A DNA stretch of 64,000 bases. It comes from Hormiphora californensis. Taxonomy: Eukaryota > Animalia > Ctenophora. Of this stretch, positions 45,460 to 57,487 are shown one piece after another. Each line of letters begins with the position of its first letter. Positions within the stretch are counted from its first letter, which is position 1. Made by a program: the position numbers and the translations under genes. Location: the NCBI GenBank assembly GCA_020137815.1, contig CM035358.1, positions 2,418,001 through 2,482,000 of the forward strand, written 5' to 3'. The notes beneath the pieces were generated by a model. That model was not told where the DNA came from. It did no database searches and saw only the letters and a list, made by a program, of their open reading frames with translations.

Positions 45460-45944
45460 GGAAGGGAAAGGGGAAGGGGAAGGGAGGGAGGGAAGGAAGA
45501 GAAGAAGGGAAAAAGGGAAGGGAAGGAAGGGAAGGGAAGGGAAGGGAAGGGAAGGGAAGGGAAGGAAGGGAAGGGAAGGGAAGGGAAGGGAAGGGAAGGG
45601 AAGGGAAGGGAAGGGAAGGGAAGGGAAGGGAAGGGAAGGGAAGGGAAGGGAAGGAAGGGAAGGGAAGGGAAGGGAAGGGAAGGGAAGGGAAGGGAAGGGA
45701 AGGGAAGGGAAGGGAAGGGAAGGGAAGGGAAGGGAAGGGAAGGGAAGGGAAGGGAAGGGAAGGGAAGGGAAGGGAAGGGAAGGGAAGGGAAGGGAAGGGA
45801 AGGGAAGGGAAGGGAAGGGAAGGGAAGGAAGGGAAGGGAAGGGAAGGGGAAGGGAAGGAAGGGAAGGGAAGGGAAGGGAAGGGAAGGGAAGGGAAGGGAA
45901 GGGAAGGGAAGGGAAGGGAAGGGAAGGGAAGGGAAGGGAAGGGA
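45460..45944. repeat. (GGGAA)n pentanucleotide satellite
   Basis: Direct reading, about 95 units. Confidence 0.97.
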
Positions 45945-46389
45945 ACATTTCTTACCTCGGTCTCTCCACGTCGAAAATCCACCTGAATCACACTCTATTT
46001 CTTCTATCCTCTCTCTTCACTTGACCTTGTTTCTCCAATTCACCGCCCTGTATTTAAAATAAAAGCTTGATAAAAGCTTGACACAATTCCATGAGATGAT
46101 GAATAGCTGCCCCAGCTTTTTGTTCTATCCCCATGATACCGCTTACCGCCCTGGTCTATCTACAACACCATGTTCGAGACACCATGTTTTTCCAGGCCTG
46201 GGACTGCATAGCTACACCTAGCTACAACATGGGTAACCATTTTAAGGGTGGGAGCTACAATTACACCATCCGAGGCCGAGCTTATATATGAGAAATTAAC
46301 TAATTCAGTGAGGCCCACCTTCTAGCAGCAAATAGTGTGTAGTACACAACCTCCTCTCTCAGTCTATCTGTCCCTCTGTCCCTCTCTTT

Positions 46390-46497
<108 letters not shown>

Positions 46498-46812
46498 CTC
46501 TCTCTTCCCTCTCTCTATCTCTCTCCCTCCGGCCCTCCCTTTCTCTCTCTCATCATCATCATGGGACACAGGACGAGTACCATCTCCAACAGTAAAGAGA
46601 GTGAGGCAGGGAGAGAGGAATACAGAAAGGAGGGAGAGAGGGAGAGAAAAAGGTGGTCTAAGGTGACACATCTTGGTGAGGGCACCGCTTGCCACTAACA
46701 CTATCTCTCCAGGTACCTTCCTTGCTATCCGTGTGTCCTGCCTGCATATATATACTCAGCCAGTTGAATCGCCCCTTTTCATCCAGAGAGAGATATACCC
46801 GGCCCCGTTATC

Positions 46813-49800
46813 ATGGTGCTCTACGTGGTTACCATGGTTACCATGGTTACCATGCTGGTTTCTGTTAGCAACGCGTTAGGTTGTTACAATGACACCAATC
46901 TCAACAATGTCACGGTAAGAGAACTATTCGTGGCGGGGCTTGTTGAGTAACTGTAAGGCGGGGCGGGGGTTGATTCTTGTTTACGATCATAGCCGAGCTG
47001 ATCCTTTCTCCGTGAGAGGAGCGAAGAGTGTGATCAGGCACTGTATGGCGGCGCCATACCCCATTTGATTCGCGAATCAATATTCGAATATAGATGGGTC
47101 GCGGCGCCAGACAGATCAGGCATCGCTTTGGCATACCAATGACTCGATTTTGTAAATTTTGTAACGCCATTTGTCCCATTGCAGGAACACACCTACACAA
47201 TAGAGCACGACATTTCCGACATAACGGCAGGAATAGGAAGCACTGGTAAGGATGAGGATGGCTACTGGCGAACCAGACATTTCAGCTACATCACCCTGGG
47301 ACGGTTTACTGATGATTTGGAATCGGGTGATGGTACAACGATTACAGGTGACTAACTTACTCACTAACTCACCGTGAGCGGTGAGGCCCCTCGAGAGCAT
47401 GACCAGTAATTAACGTCACTAGCAGTGCTAGGAATTCCTAGCAGTGTCGAGTAAACAGGGGTGGCGGAACCGAGGATATTAATAACAATATGCAATTTAC
47501 ACTGGAAAATATAATTGCTTGCAAAAAGGTCATCACCAAAATTTTTGGTTAGCCCCCTGGTCAGCCCCCTGCCACTACTTCCTACTTTCCCTTATTAGGT
47601 GGATACTACACGGCCGATGGAGGCCTCATCTACAAAACAACTGTGGACTGTGATGCCAACAAATACTACAACTACGTTACAGGTACAGCTTGATACACTA
47701 GAGAATTAGTAGAGCAGTATTGATTCCACTGAAGAGATCCATCTAGGATCGAAACAATTGTTTGGTAAATCCGACTTGTTTTAATTTGTTTGCTGCTCTC
47801 AGTTCGTAATTGGATCGATTGAGCTCTATCGTGCTGAATCAACATTTAATACTGAGAACATATGTAACTATTGGTGACATAGACACCGTGTGCGACCAAG
47901 ATTGAGCTCACACACAGGTGTCTGCTCCGCCTCAAAAAGGGTCGTTTCTTTCAAGGGATGTTGCACGCGATCCACTGGACCGATTTGCATCCGGTTTGTC
48001 GCAAAAGACTACAAATGATCCTAATATACTGGAAAATACCCGAGAAGTTTGTCTGTCAATAGGAAGTGGGTCAAAATTGACACTGAAGTCAAACCTATAA
48101 TCTGGCTTCCGAGAGTTTCTGCACTACGCCCATGCGATTTAGAAGATATTGGGAGATATGTTGATGCAATTAGCATCAGCTATTAATGCCGGGTATTTTC
48201 CAGTACTCACAAGAGTTCAACCTATCTTCTGATACCCTCAGATTCATTCTACACCGTCTGGGAGTGGTGCAAAAAGGCTCGGAAGCCAGATTTTAGATTT
48301 GACTTCAGTGTCAATTTTGACCCACTTCCTGTTGACACACAAACTTCTCGGGTATTTTCCAGTAAACTAGGACCAATTTGTAGTCTTTTGCGACAAACCG
48401 GATGCAAATCGGTCCAGTGGATCACGTGCAATTTGGCTTGAAAGACACGACCCTTTTTTAGGGGGCGGAGCGGACACCTATGTGCGAGCTCAATCTCGGT
48501 CGCTGCGCGACCTCGATCTCGCACGCACTAGGTGTCAATGTCACCAAATGTAACTAATCTCCCTCGCAGACGAAGAAACAAAAGTGGTAACCGAGTTTGG
48601 GAACGGAGACCTGGAGACAGCGTGTGTGGCAGGGGACGACTACGATATGTGGATGAAGGTGGAACAGCCCCAGATCATGTGGTTCAGGTAGGAGGGGAAT
48701 GTAACATGTACCCTTTTTTCTGCATGTGTTACAAAGTGTTACAAAATGTTACAAAGGGGGGGGGGGTCAGAGACTGAATGTAGAACGGACGATAACTCAC
48801 ATCGGTTGAAAGCTCGAAAATGTGGCCCTAACCCTAAACCGAACGATAGCCCTAACCAAATTCTTGAGCTTACACCCTCGGTTATTTATCGTCCGTTCAA
48901 CTTTTAGTCTGGATCCCACAAAGAGAGGAGACTGACACGTCATGTGGTTCAGGTACCAGGCACAGCCACTCCAAACAGGAACCAGGGAGGTCGGAAAGGG
49001 ATGGCCCGTTATAACAAGGACTGTCAAGGCAAAGATAAACAGTCTATATGACGGGGATGAGGCGTCTTATTTCAAGATAGATACCACGGGAAGTGCTGTT
49101 ATAACTCGGTTTGCATTTGGAAAGTGCTTCATTTGGCCCGAAAGTGTGGGGAAAAACTGCTCAGACACGATTAATTGGCTTCTTGACCGAGTGAAGTCAG
49201 TGGATATCTGGGGAGTACAAGCGAAGAGTACGACAGTGAGTTGCCTTGATGCACCATTCCAGCACTACTACAAGTATAGACAAGAGCAGGTCCATCCCAA
49301 AAAACCCCCCCCTTTTTGCCCCCAAAAGAAACGGGCAGGTTAAAGTAGGAAAGGGGGAAAAGAAAGAGGGAGGGGGAAAAGGGGAAAAGAGAGAGAAAGG
49401 GGGAGGGGGGGGGGAGAAAAAAAGGGGGAAAGAAGGGGAAGAGAGGGGGGAAAGGGGGGAAAAAGGGGGGGAAAAGGGGAAAAAAAGGGAAAAAAAGGGG
49501 AAAAAAAAAAAAAAGGAAGGGGGATAAAAAAAAAAAGAAAGAACAGAGAAAGAGAGGGAGAGAAGGGGGGAGAGGGGAGAAAAACAGGAAAAGAGAAGGG
49601 GAAAAAAAAAAAAGGGGGAATGGAGAAACAAGAGCAAAGGATGAGAGAGGGGGGAAGAGAGGAGAAGGGAGGGAGGGGTTGGGAAGAGAAGAAAAGGAGA
49701 GAAAAAAAGAGGAGGGGGGGGAAAAGAGGGGGAAAAAACCCCGGGGGAGGAAAGAAAGAGAGAGAAAAAAAGAGGAGAGAGAAAAGAGAAAAAAGGGGAA

Positions 49801-50043
49801 AAATTTGGAAAAAAAAAAAAAAATTTTTTAAAAATAAAAGGGGAAAGGGGGGGGGGAAGGGGTGATTTAGAAATTGATTTCTAACCCCGATTTCATCTTT
49901 AGGCGATGAATCCTACGTGTGAATTGGGTTGTAAAGAGACCTATGATTTCGAGATTTATGACGCCTTAAATGCGTACAACAGCGAGCAAGTTGCCGAGGA
50001 GGTGGAGGAAGAAGTTGCCGAGGAGGAGGTGGAGGAAGTTTAG
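46813..50043 (+). CDS. Uncharacterised secreted protein (~300 aa) with acidic C-tail; exons 46813-46914, 47185-47347, 47599-47682, 48570-48687, 48953-49235 (or 49289), 49903-50043
   Basis: Six open exons with GT-AG sites and matching phases (0,1,1,2,0); signal-like MVLYVVTMVTMVTMLVSVSNA; sequons NDT/NVT/NCS; several Cys; ends EQVAEEVEEEVAEEEVEEV*. An exon could be hidden in the noisy 49.3-49.9 kb stretch. Confidence 0.72.
47871..48547. mobile_element. MULE-like MITE, ~250-bp TIRs, 9-bp TSD ATGTAACTA
   Basis: Long imperfect TIRs starting TTGGTGACAT; ATGTAACTA at 47862-47870 and 48548-48556. Confidence 0.85.
49295..49865. other. Low-accuracy purine-rich stretch (probably a garbled (GA)n tract)
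   Basis: Irregular A/G homopolymers inside an intron. Confidence 0.7.
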
Positions 50044-50816
50044 ATGAAGAAGCACAACCATTAGTTGATAGCAACCACTTTCTGTGTAGTGCAGGACTAT
50101 AATCATAGTGCAGTGTGTAGAATATATTACGTGCAAAACCTCCCATTTCAATTTGGTTGCCCATTTTAGTGATTGTAATCGTATTTCGCTGAAAATAAAT
50201 TCTCACAGAGATGTACAGGTGCAATGGCCTAAAGTAGGTCCGCTGCTAAAACTGGAATGTTATAGCTACAATTCAATTTTGTGTAAAACTTAGAAAATAT
50301 TCTTCTCCATCAAAATGCAGTCCTTTTCTCCTTTCATAAGAAATCTTATCTCCCCTTATATAACTTAGCTAATAAGATTCATTATCAAATAACGTAAAGA
50401 AAACATTAACTTAAAAGATCTAAAGAAAATCAACATTCACAAATTGTCCCGAAGTTAATATCAAATGTTTTTTTGTCGACTGAACACTTATGAATTCTAA
50501 TGAAAGAAATGACTAAAAATAGGATATAAAGGGCCAAATATCACTATTCATCATACTAAGGGAATTTAGAGAAAAACTCTATCTAAAAAGGTCCTCAATC
50601 AGCTCTCAATAAATGAGAAAGATACTCCACCCTTCATCTTGTTACTCAACCAACTTCATCTTGGTTGTTTCATGAAGCACTCGACAATTTCTCGTGGAAC
50701 TAAAGACCCTATCTCATTAGGAGCTGGATATATTTAGGCCTTTTGTTCGAGATATATATCAAGTTAACTAGTGATAATTATGTACACAGGTGAAAATCTA
50801 CAAAACTCTCTGAATC

Positions 50817-51012
50817 CCACACGTGAGATAAGACCACACGTGAGATAAGACCACACGTGAGATAAGATCACGCGTGAGATAAGATCACGCGTGAGATAAG
50901 ATCACACGTGAGAAACTACAACGCGTGAGATAAGATCGCACGTGAGATAAGATCACGCGTGAGATAAGATCACGCGTGAGATAAGATCACACGTGAGATA
51001 AGATCACGCGTT
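50817..51012. repeat. 17-bp minisatellite (CACGTGAGATAAGATCA) x~11 just 3' of the ZRSR2 stop
   Basis: Direct reading. Confidence 0.9.
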
Positions 51013-51067
51013 ATACCATTAAACCCGAATCAAATTGCACGTGTGTACCGGTAGGGTTGAGGGTGTA

Positions 51068-54000
51068 TCATCGCCTCCTGGGTGACCGTGACCGTGCTCT
51101 TCCCGAGGAACCTCTACTGAAAATTAGGGAGTGGGTTAGATAGTGTAGAGGAAGAAATATAATCGCCGAAACCAAAGAAACAAAGAGACAAAAAACAAAC
51201 AAAGAAACAACTAAACAAACCTGTGATGTCGGGGACTCCTATGCTGCCTCCTACCCCCGCCGTTACTTCTGCTGTTGTACGATCCGTTATGATGGTCTGA
51301 CCACCTTCCACCTCCGCCATTACCACCATTACCCCCTCTATGTGGTGACGAACCACCTCTATGTGGAGACGAACCACCTCTATATGGTGAGGTGCCCCCT
51401 CTATGTGGTGAGGTGCCGCCCCTCCAAGCGGGACTAGTAGTCCTGTGATCAGGGCGGCCTTGATGACGGACTGGACTGCCACTACCCCCTCTCCTGGGGC
51501 TTCTTCCTACCCTAACTGGGCTGGTATAAAATCCACGCCGAGGGCTCCATGATCTCCCTGCGGCATCCACTGGGAACGACCTGAGAATGGGCGGTGTAAC
51601 AGAGACCCGTAATTATGGTATAATTAATTGGACAACAATTGGACAATAATTAGCCAATAATTATAATTGTTGGCTAACTATTGTCCAATTATTTTCTAAA
51701 TATCATAAAACAATCAGCACCTCATCACTCACCCCTGTTGTCCATGGTGGTGGTGTGTCTGTAGCTTGGCTCTAACTGCCTGGACCCCCGGCCAGGCGTC
51801 CATATTCTGCATATTCGGTGGTCCAGATCCTCCTCCTCCCATCATTACATGACCCCCAGATCTCGGAACATGCCCCGTCCCCCCAGCTGCACCGTTTTCA
51901 GGTACCTCGCTACCAGGGACCATGAATAACCCCCCGGGGTTCTTGAAGACGTGGAGGAAGTTGCAATGTTTCCCCTTAGGGCACTTCTGACGGTGAAACT
52001 GACCTAGGAGAGGGAGAGATTGTTACTTTAACTAGGAGAGAGCAGGTGAGATCGTTACTTTAACTAGCAGAGAGCAGGTGAGATCGTTACTTTAACTAGG
52101 AGAGAGAGAGCAGGTGAGATTGTTACTTTAACTAGCAGAGAGCATGTGAGATGAAAGTTGTTTTGTAACTTACCACAAATTGCGGATTTCCACTTTTCAA
52201 TTTTGATAAACTCGCAGGAAATCTGTCTGCTGGCGTAGAATCGACCGTTAAACTTGGCGAACGCTTTAACCGCATCCCCTTCGTTTTTAAACTGTACGTA
52301 CACGTTTCCCCTTAAGTGTGGCTCATGGTTACAGCAAACCTGAGGATTAATTTAGATAATTTGGTAATGGTATAGGGACGACAGTGTGTCATAGATATAT
52401 TGGGGCTAAAGGATAATACTGGCATAATACCTAAACTGGGGGGGGTCCAGCCCTAAAAAAAGCTAAGCTAACGGCCAAAATCAGGGTACCTTTAGCTTTT
52501 TTTAGCTTTTTTTAGCTTTTTTTAGCCTTTTTTAGCTTTTTTTAGCTTTTTTTAGCTTTTTTTTAGCTTTTTTAAGGCTAAAAAAAGCTAAAAAAAGCTA
52601 AAAAAAGCTAAAATTGAGTTTTTAGTGGATTCATATAGGTTCGAATCCCGCTGACGCCAAATTTTTTAAACTTTTATTACAACGTTTTATAACGTTTTTT
52701 GAACTTTTTTAAAACTATTTTTATCAAATTTGAATAATATTTTTATCGAAAAAATGTCTCCAGAAAATGGCAGTAGGGGTGGATACAGAAATTGCTATGT
52801 ATGGACATAAACGGTAGATTATGGTAAAAAATGTACAGGAAATGAACAAATGCAGTCAATAGACGTCCGGAAGGATGAAAATTTAATGGAAAAGTGTCAA
52901 GATGAATGCTGAAAAAACATAAAAAGTAGGGCTAAAAAAAGCTAAAAAAAGCTAAAAAAAGCTAAAAAAAGCTAAAATAAAAAACGCTATCGACCAAAAT
53001 CAGGGTACCTTTAGCTTTTTTTAGGGCTGGACCCCCCCCTAAACTATACTGAATCATGCTCACTCTAATTGATAAAGCAAAGCCCATTATTCTAACCTTG
53101 AACATGGATACCTCTCCCATAGACTGGAACTCTGGAAGAACATCCCAGAAGAACTCTGCAAAACTTTTGTTTGTATCCGTCTCCTCGTGCTGAGAGACAC
53201 ACTCATGTTAATAATACGGTGTGATAGGGGTGACTTCGTAACCAAGGAGAGGGCTGCGAGTATTAGCTCGTCCTTCTCCCGCCCCCATCATTATCAATAC
53301 ACTAATTCAATGTAACGTACCTCCAGACCAGAGTCGATATCCAGGTCGTTAGTGAAGTCCTGGCCCAGGGAGATGTGGTTAAACATGGCGGGGAGAAGGA
53401 TGGTATCACTAGATGGGGGCTTCATATGGTATCGGGAACATCTGAAGAGAGAGAGAGAGAGGGGGAATTAGAAGGAATAAATAAACCAGTATGACACTGA
53501 TTGAAACAGTGCCAAAACACTGCCTCCATGCTACGTACGTGAACAACACAGCCGATCCTGATTTACTAACGTATAGTGGGGTACTGGGAAAAAGTACAAA
53601 CTCATTGTTTCCTAAGTTTACTAACCGTTCACCGAAGCGGCATGCCCCGGTTTTCACGTAGAAGGAGCAGTACTTGACGTCAAGCTCCGTGCCGTATTGA
53701 GGGTAGGATGAGGGGGCGAGAGGGTTGCTGTACTCCTAGAAAAAGAAGGTACATACTGCACGGGGGTTAGTCACCCCGGTTAACTTGGGATAGTAGGTCA
53801 GCCGAAGATGTACTCCGAATTTGTCCCTTTACTTCTCTACTCCACCGACCCTACCCTCAGATATTTATCATTTCTCTTTCATTTTGGCCCTACATCTTTT
53901 TTATTCATATTTTTTATTCAGAATCCTGTTTTTAATAGTGTTTAGAGACGAAGTCTATTTTGGAGTTGTTGGCCCATCTCATGCCACCAACTATCCGACA

Positions 54001-54892
54001 TTCTCTCATCGCTATATCGAGATTGAAGGGGGGAGAGAGAAACAGAAAAAGAGAGGGGGAGAAAAGGAGAGGGGTGGAGAGAATGAAAGAGGGAGAGAGG
54101 GATGGAGAGAGAGAGAGAGAGAGAGATTAGGAAAACGTGTTTCGGCGGGTTCAAATGGATATTTTCGTTCAGCTTTGAATCTCGATATATATATACGAAT
54201 CAGAATGGCTATTAATGTTTAAAAACGGGGCCACTAATAACTTCGTGTGCCTTTAAGTTTGGGAATGCCGACAGACAAGTACAAGAGTAGTATATATCTC
54301 TTGAGCTCGATTGTTTTGTTCAAACCCAGGGTCGAGCAAGGCAAGAGCTGGACCGGATATAATATGGCCATGGAGATCTTTCTTTTTTAAATCCCCACAA
54401 TATCCAATATCTAATATCCTACTAACCTCTTCCTTCACCTCCTCAATGAGATTATCCACTTGCTTCAACATGTCCTGATGGTTTTAGAAGGGAGGGGGGA
54501 TCGTTAAGAAAAATATATCATCTTTTTTGGATTATATCTGACCGAATCAATCAATGAGCAGGCAGTATGAAGGATACTGTTCTAGCGATGGCAGGTAGCT
54601 AGTGAAAAGTGGCACATCAGTGTAAAGCGGCGAATCAGCTGGGATAACTCAACCTAAAAGTGGCTAATGTTAGCATTTCAAGCAAAAATAAACTGAAAAA
54701 CGGAAAAAAAGACGTTTATGGGTCGAAAACTCAAATCTACCCTCAGGTCAGACGGTCGAATGTATGTTTTACGTGCTCTTTCCGGTCGAAATGTGCATGT
54801 TTTTCTTTTTCAGAAAAAACACAACCTATAATGCAATATAAAACACAACGGGGAAACTAGATTAAGCAACTATCCATGGACTCTCTCTCTAT

Positions 54893-54955
<63 letters not shown>

Positions 54956-54961
54956 GTCGCT

Positions 54962-55019
<58 letters not shown>

Positions 55020-56170
55020 GGCCACTGTTGATAGGGAAGGTGGTGTAACGGTTAATACGCCGTCAGTGGTTCTATCCAGCCACTCAATCACTGTCACACT
55101 GTTACTTCCTGTCAATGTATGCATATAGGGCGTGGGGAAGATATGGAGAGCCGTTCTAGTGATGGAAAAAACCTATCGCCTTCGTAGGGGGGGTGCGACA
55201 TGTTAATTTTGTTAACTTTGTTAATATTAACATAGAGAAAACAGGTGATTTATTAACAAAATTAACAAAAAGTTAACAAACGTTAACAAATGCCATTTAT
55301 GCCATCTAAATCCCCTTTAGCACGTATTTTTGGTATTTAACACTTGTTCTGCGAGCAAAGTTGTTCCTTCTGCACGGTTTACATACCACCATTACCTCCA
55401 CTACGGCTTTTTTACAGCGATTTGTTCCACTGTGTAAATTTTAATAAAAACTAGCCAAACTAAACCGCAACTGAAGTCAAATGACCCTAATCCACATTTT
55501 CAAACCCTAAAACTTAAATATGACTCATTAATTTACCTTAAAACGAAAAATATCCCAAAAATCTATTTTTCTAAAAAAACGCAAGGATTTGTAGCGAAGC
55601 AAATTTTCAATCTTTGACCAAAAAATTGATTTTGGAAAAATTTTATTTCTTTTTCCAACAGAAACGTTGTATTTCATCTTATTGAGTTCAAAGAATCTAT
55701 TACCAATGAAAAATTACGTCAAAGTGAGATTTTATACGCTAAATTGATATATTTGCAACTTTTGGATTTTTATCGATTTTGAGCCAAAAACCTGTATGTC
55801 GGACTTTGGTTATCGGAAAAGGCCTTGTTTGGGTATGTATGTGTTCGGTAAGTCATTAAACTATAAAATTAAACCAGTTAAAATCGTATTATAAACCAAT
55901 AAGAACAGTCTTTTAGCATTTGTTAACTTTGTTAATTTTGTTAATTAACGTTAATTAACAAAATCGAAAAAAAGAGGTGATTTATTAACAATTAACATGT
56001 CGCCCCCCCCCCCTTCGTAGTAGGCAAGTAGCTTCAGAAACACTCAATAAAAGATTCAGTCCCCCTCTTCCATCCATTTCTCTCTCTCCATGGTCCCAGT
56101 CACAATTTCGTCGCATGCACACTACAGTTAGAAAAATTGTGTTCGTTTATACTGCTTGCCCTCGAAAGAG

Positions 56171-56239
<69 letters not shown>

Positions 56240-56755
56240 GAGAAAGAGAGAGAGATGGATGGGACATGAGCATGTGAGTGTATCCCGGAGTGACACATAC
56301 ACATCACACCCACATTATATAATGCGTGTGAGGGGCTAGACATGGAGGGCCGGGTGACGATGCAGGGGCTAGACGTGAAACATGTTTATGTCGAACACTG
56401 TCTGTCGTTTTGGTGCGAAATGTGTAAGTTGAGACGATTTGCAAGCTCATTGTTCCTTCCATTTTCTAATCTCATCTCCTCAAAGCTACCAATATTGTAC
56501 GTACTACGGTGCCAAGACAGTTTAGGATAGTTGGAATTAAAACTTTCGTTTAAATTACCGGTCAGGTCTTGTTGGGACTGGTCTGTAGTCTGTAAAAAGT
56601 TGTACTTATCTCTCATGACCTCTCCAAAAAATTCAAAAATATTAGATACACGATATATTTGAATTTGTACTCACGAAAAGGTAAAAAATGAAAAACAGAA
56701 AAGTGAAAAAAGACTCGTACGGAGTTTAATTGCATGTCTGAGTTAACTTGAGATT

Positions 56756-56821
<66 letters not shown>

Positions 56822-57445
56822 GGTTGATTTACGGTGCAAGAAACGCACTCTTGCATGTTAACGTTTGTTAAAAGGGATCAACAAGTATGCAAGGATAGGG
56901 AAAAGAGAGAGTGAGCGAGGGAGAGATAGAGAAAGGGGGATAGGGTCAATGCAGAAAAAATCATGCAAAAAGAAAGAATAAGTGGTCTCTAAGTCTACTG
57001 AAAAAGAAGGATATTATGAGATAATATGGAAAAGATAGCAGCAAGATAGAAATTAAAAGGAAATAAGAAAGAAAAATGATGCTAGTGGGATAGTATGACT
57101 TACTTCACTCCGAGATGCAGAATCTTGGCAGTACGACAGTTCTTCTCTCCTGTATCGCCTTGAATTCTGCTTGGATTTGGCGCTGAAAATAGAGGATAAG
57201 TGTGAGGTTGTGATCTGATCGCTCTCTCTCTCTCTCTCTCTCTCTCCCTCTCTCTCTCGCTTTCTGTTTCTCTCTCTCTCTCCCTCTCTCCCTCTCTGTT
57301 TCTCTGTCTCTCCCTCTCTCTGATCTGATCGCTTCGTCTTACTTTTTCTCTCTCTTCTCATCTATTCATCTCTACTACTCTCTCCTCCTCTCTCTACTCT
57401 CTACTCTTCTCCTCTCTCCTCTCTCTCTCTCTCTCTCTCGCTCTA

Positions 57446-57487
<42 letters not shown>

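Noticed and set aside
45395-45991. GKGRE / FPSLP repeat proteins
   Set aside because: Translations of the (GGGAA)n satellite.
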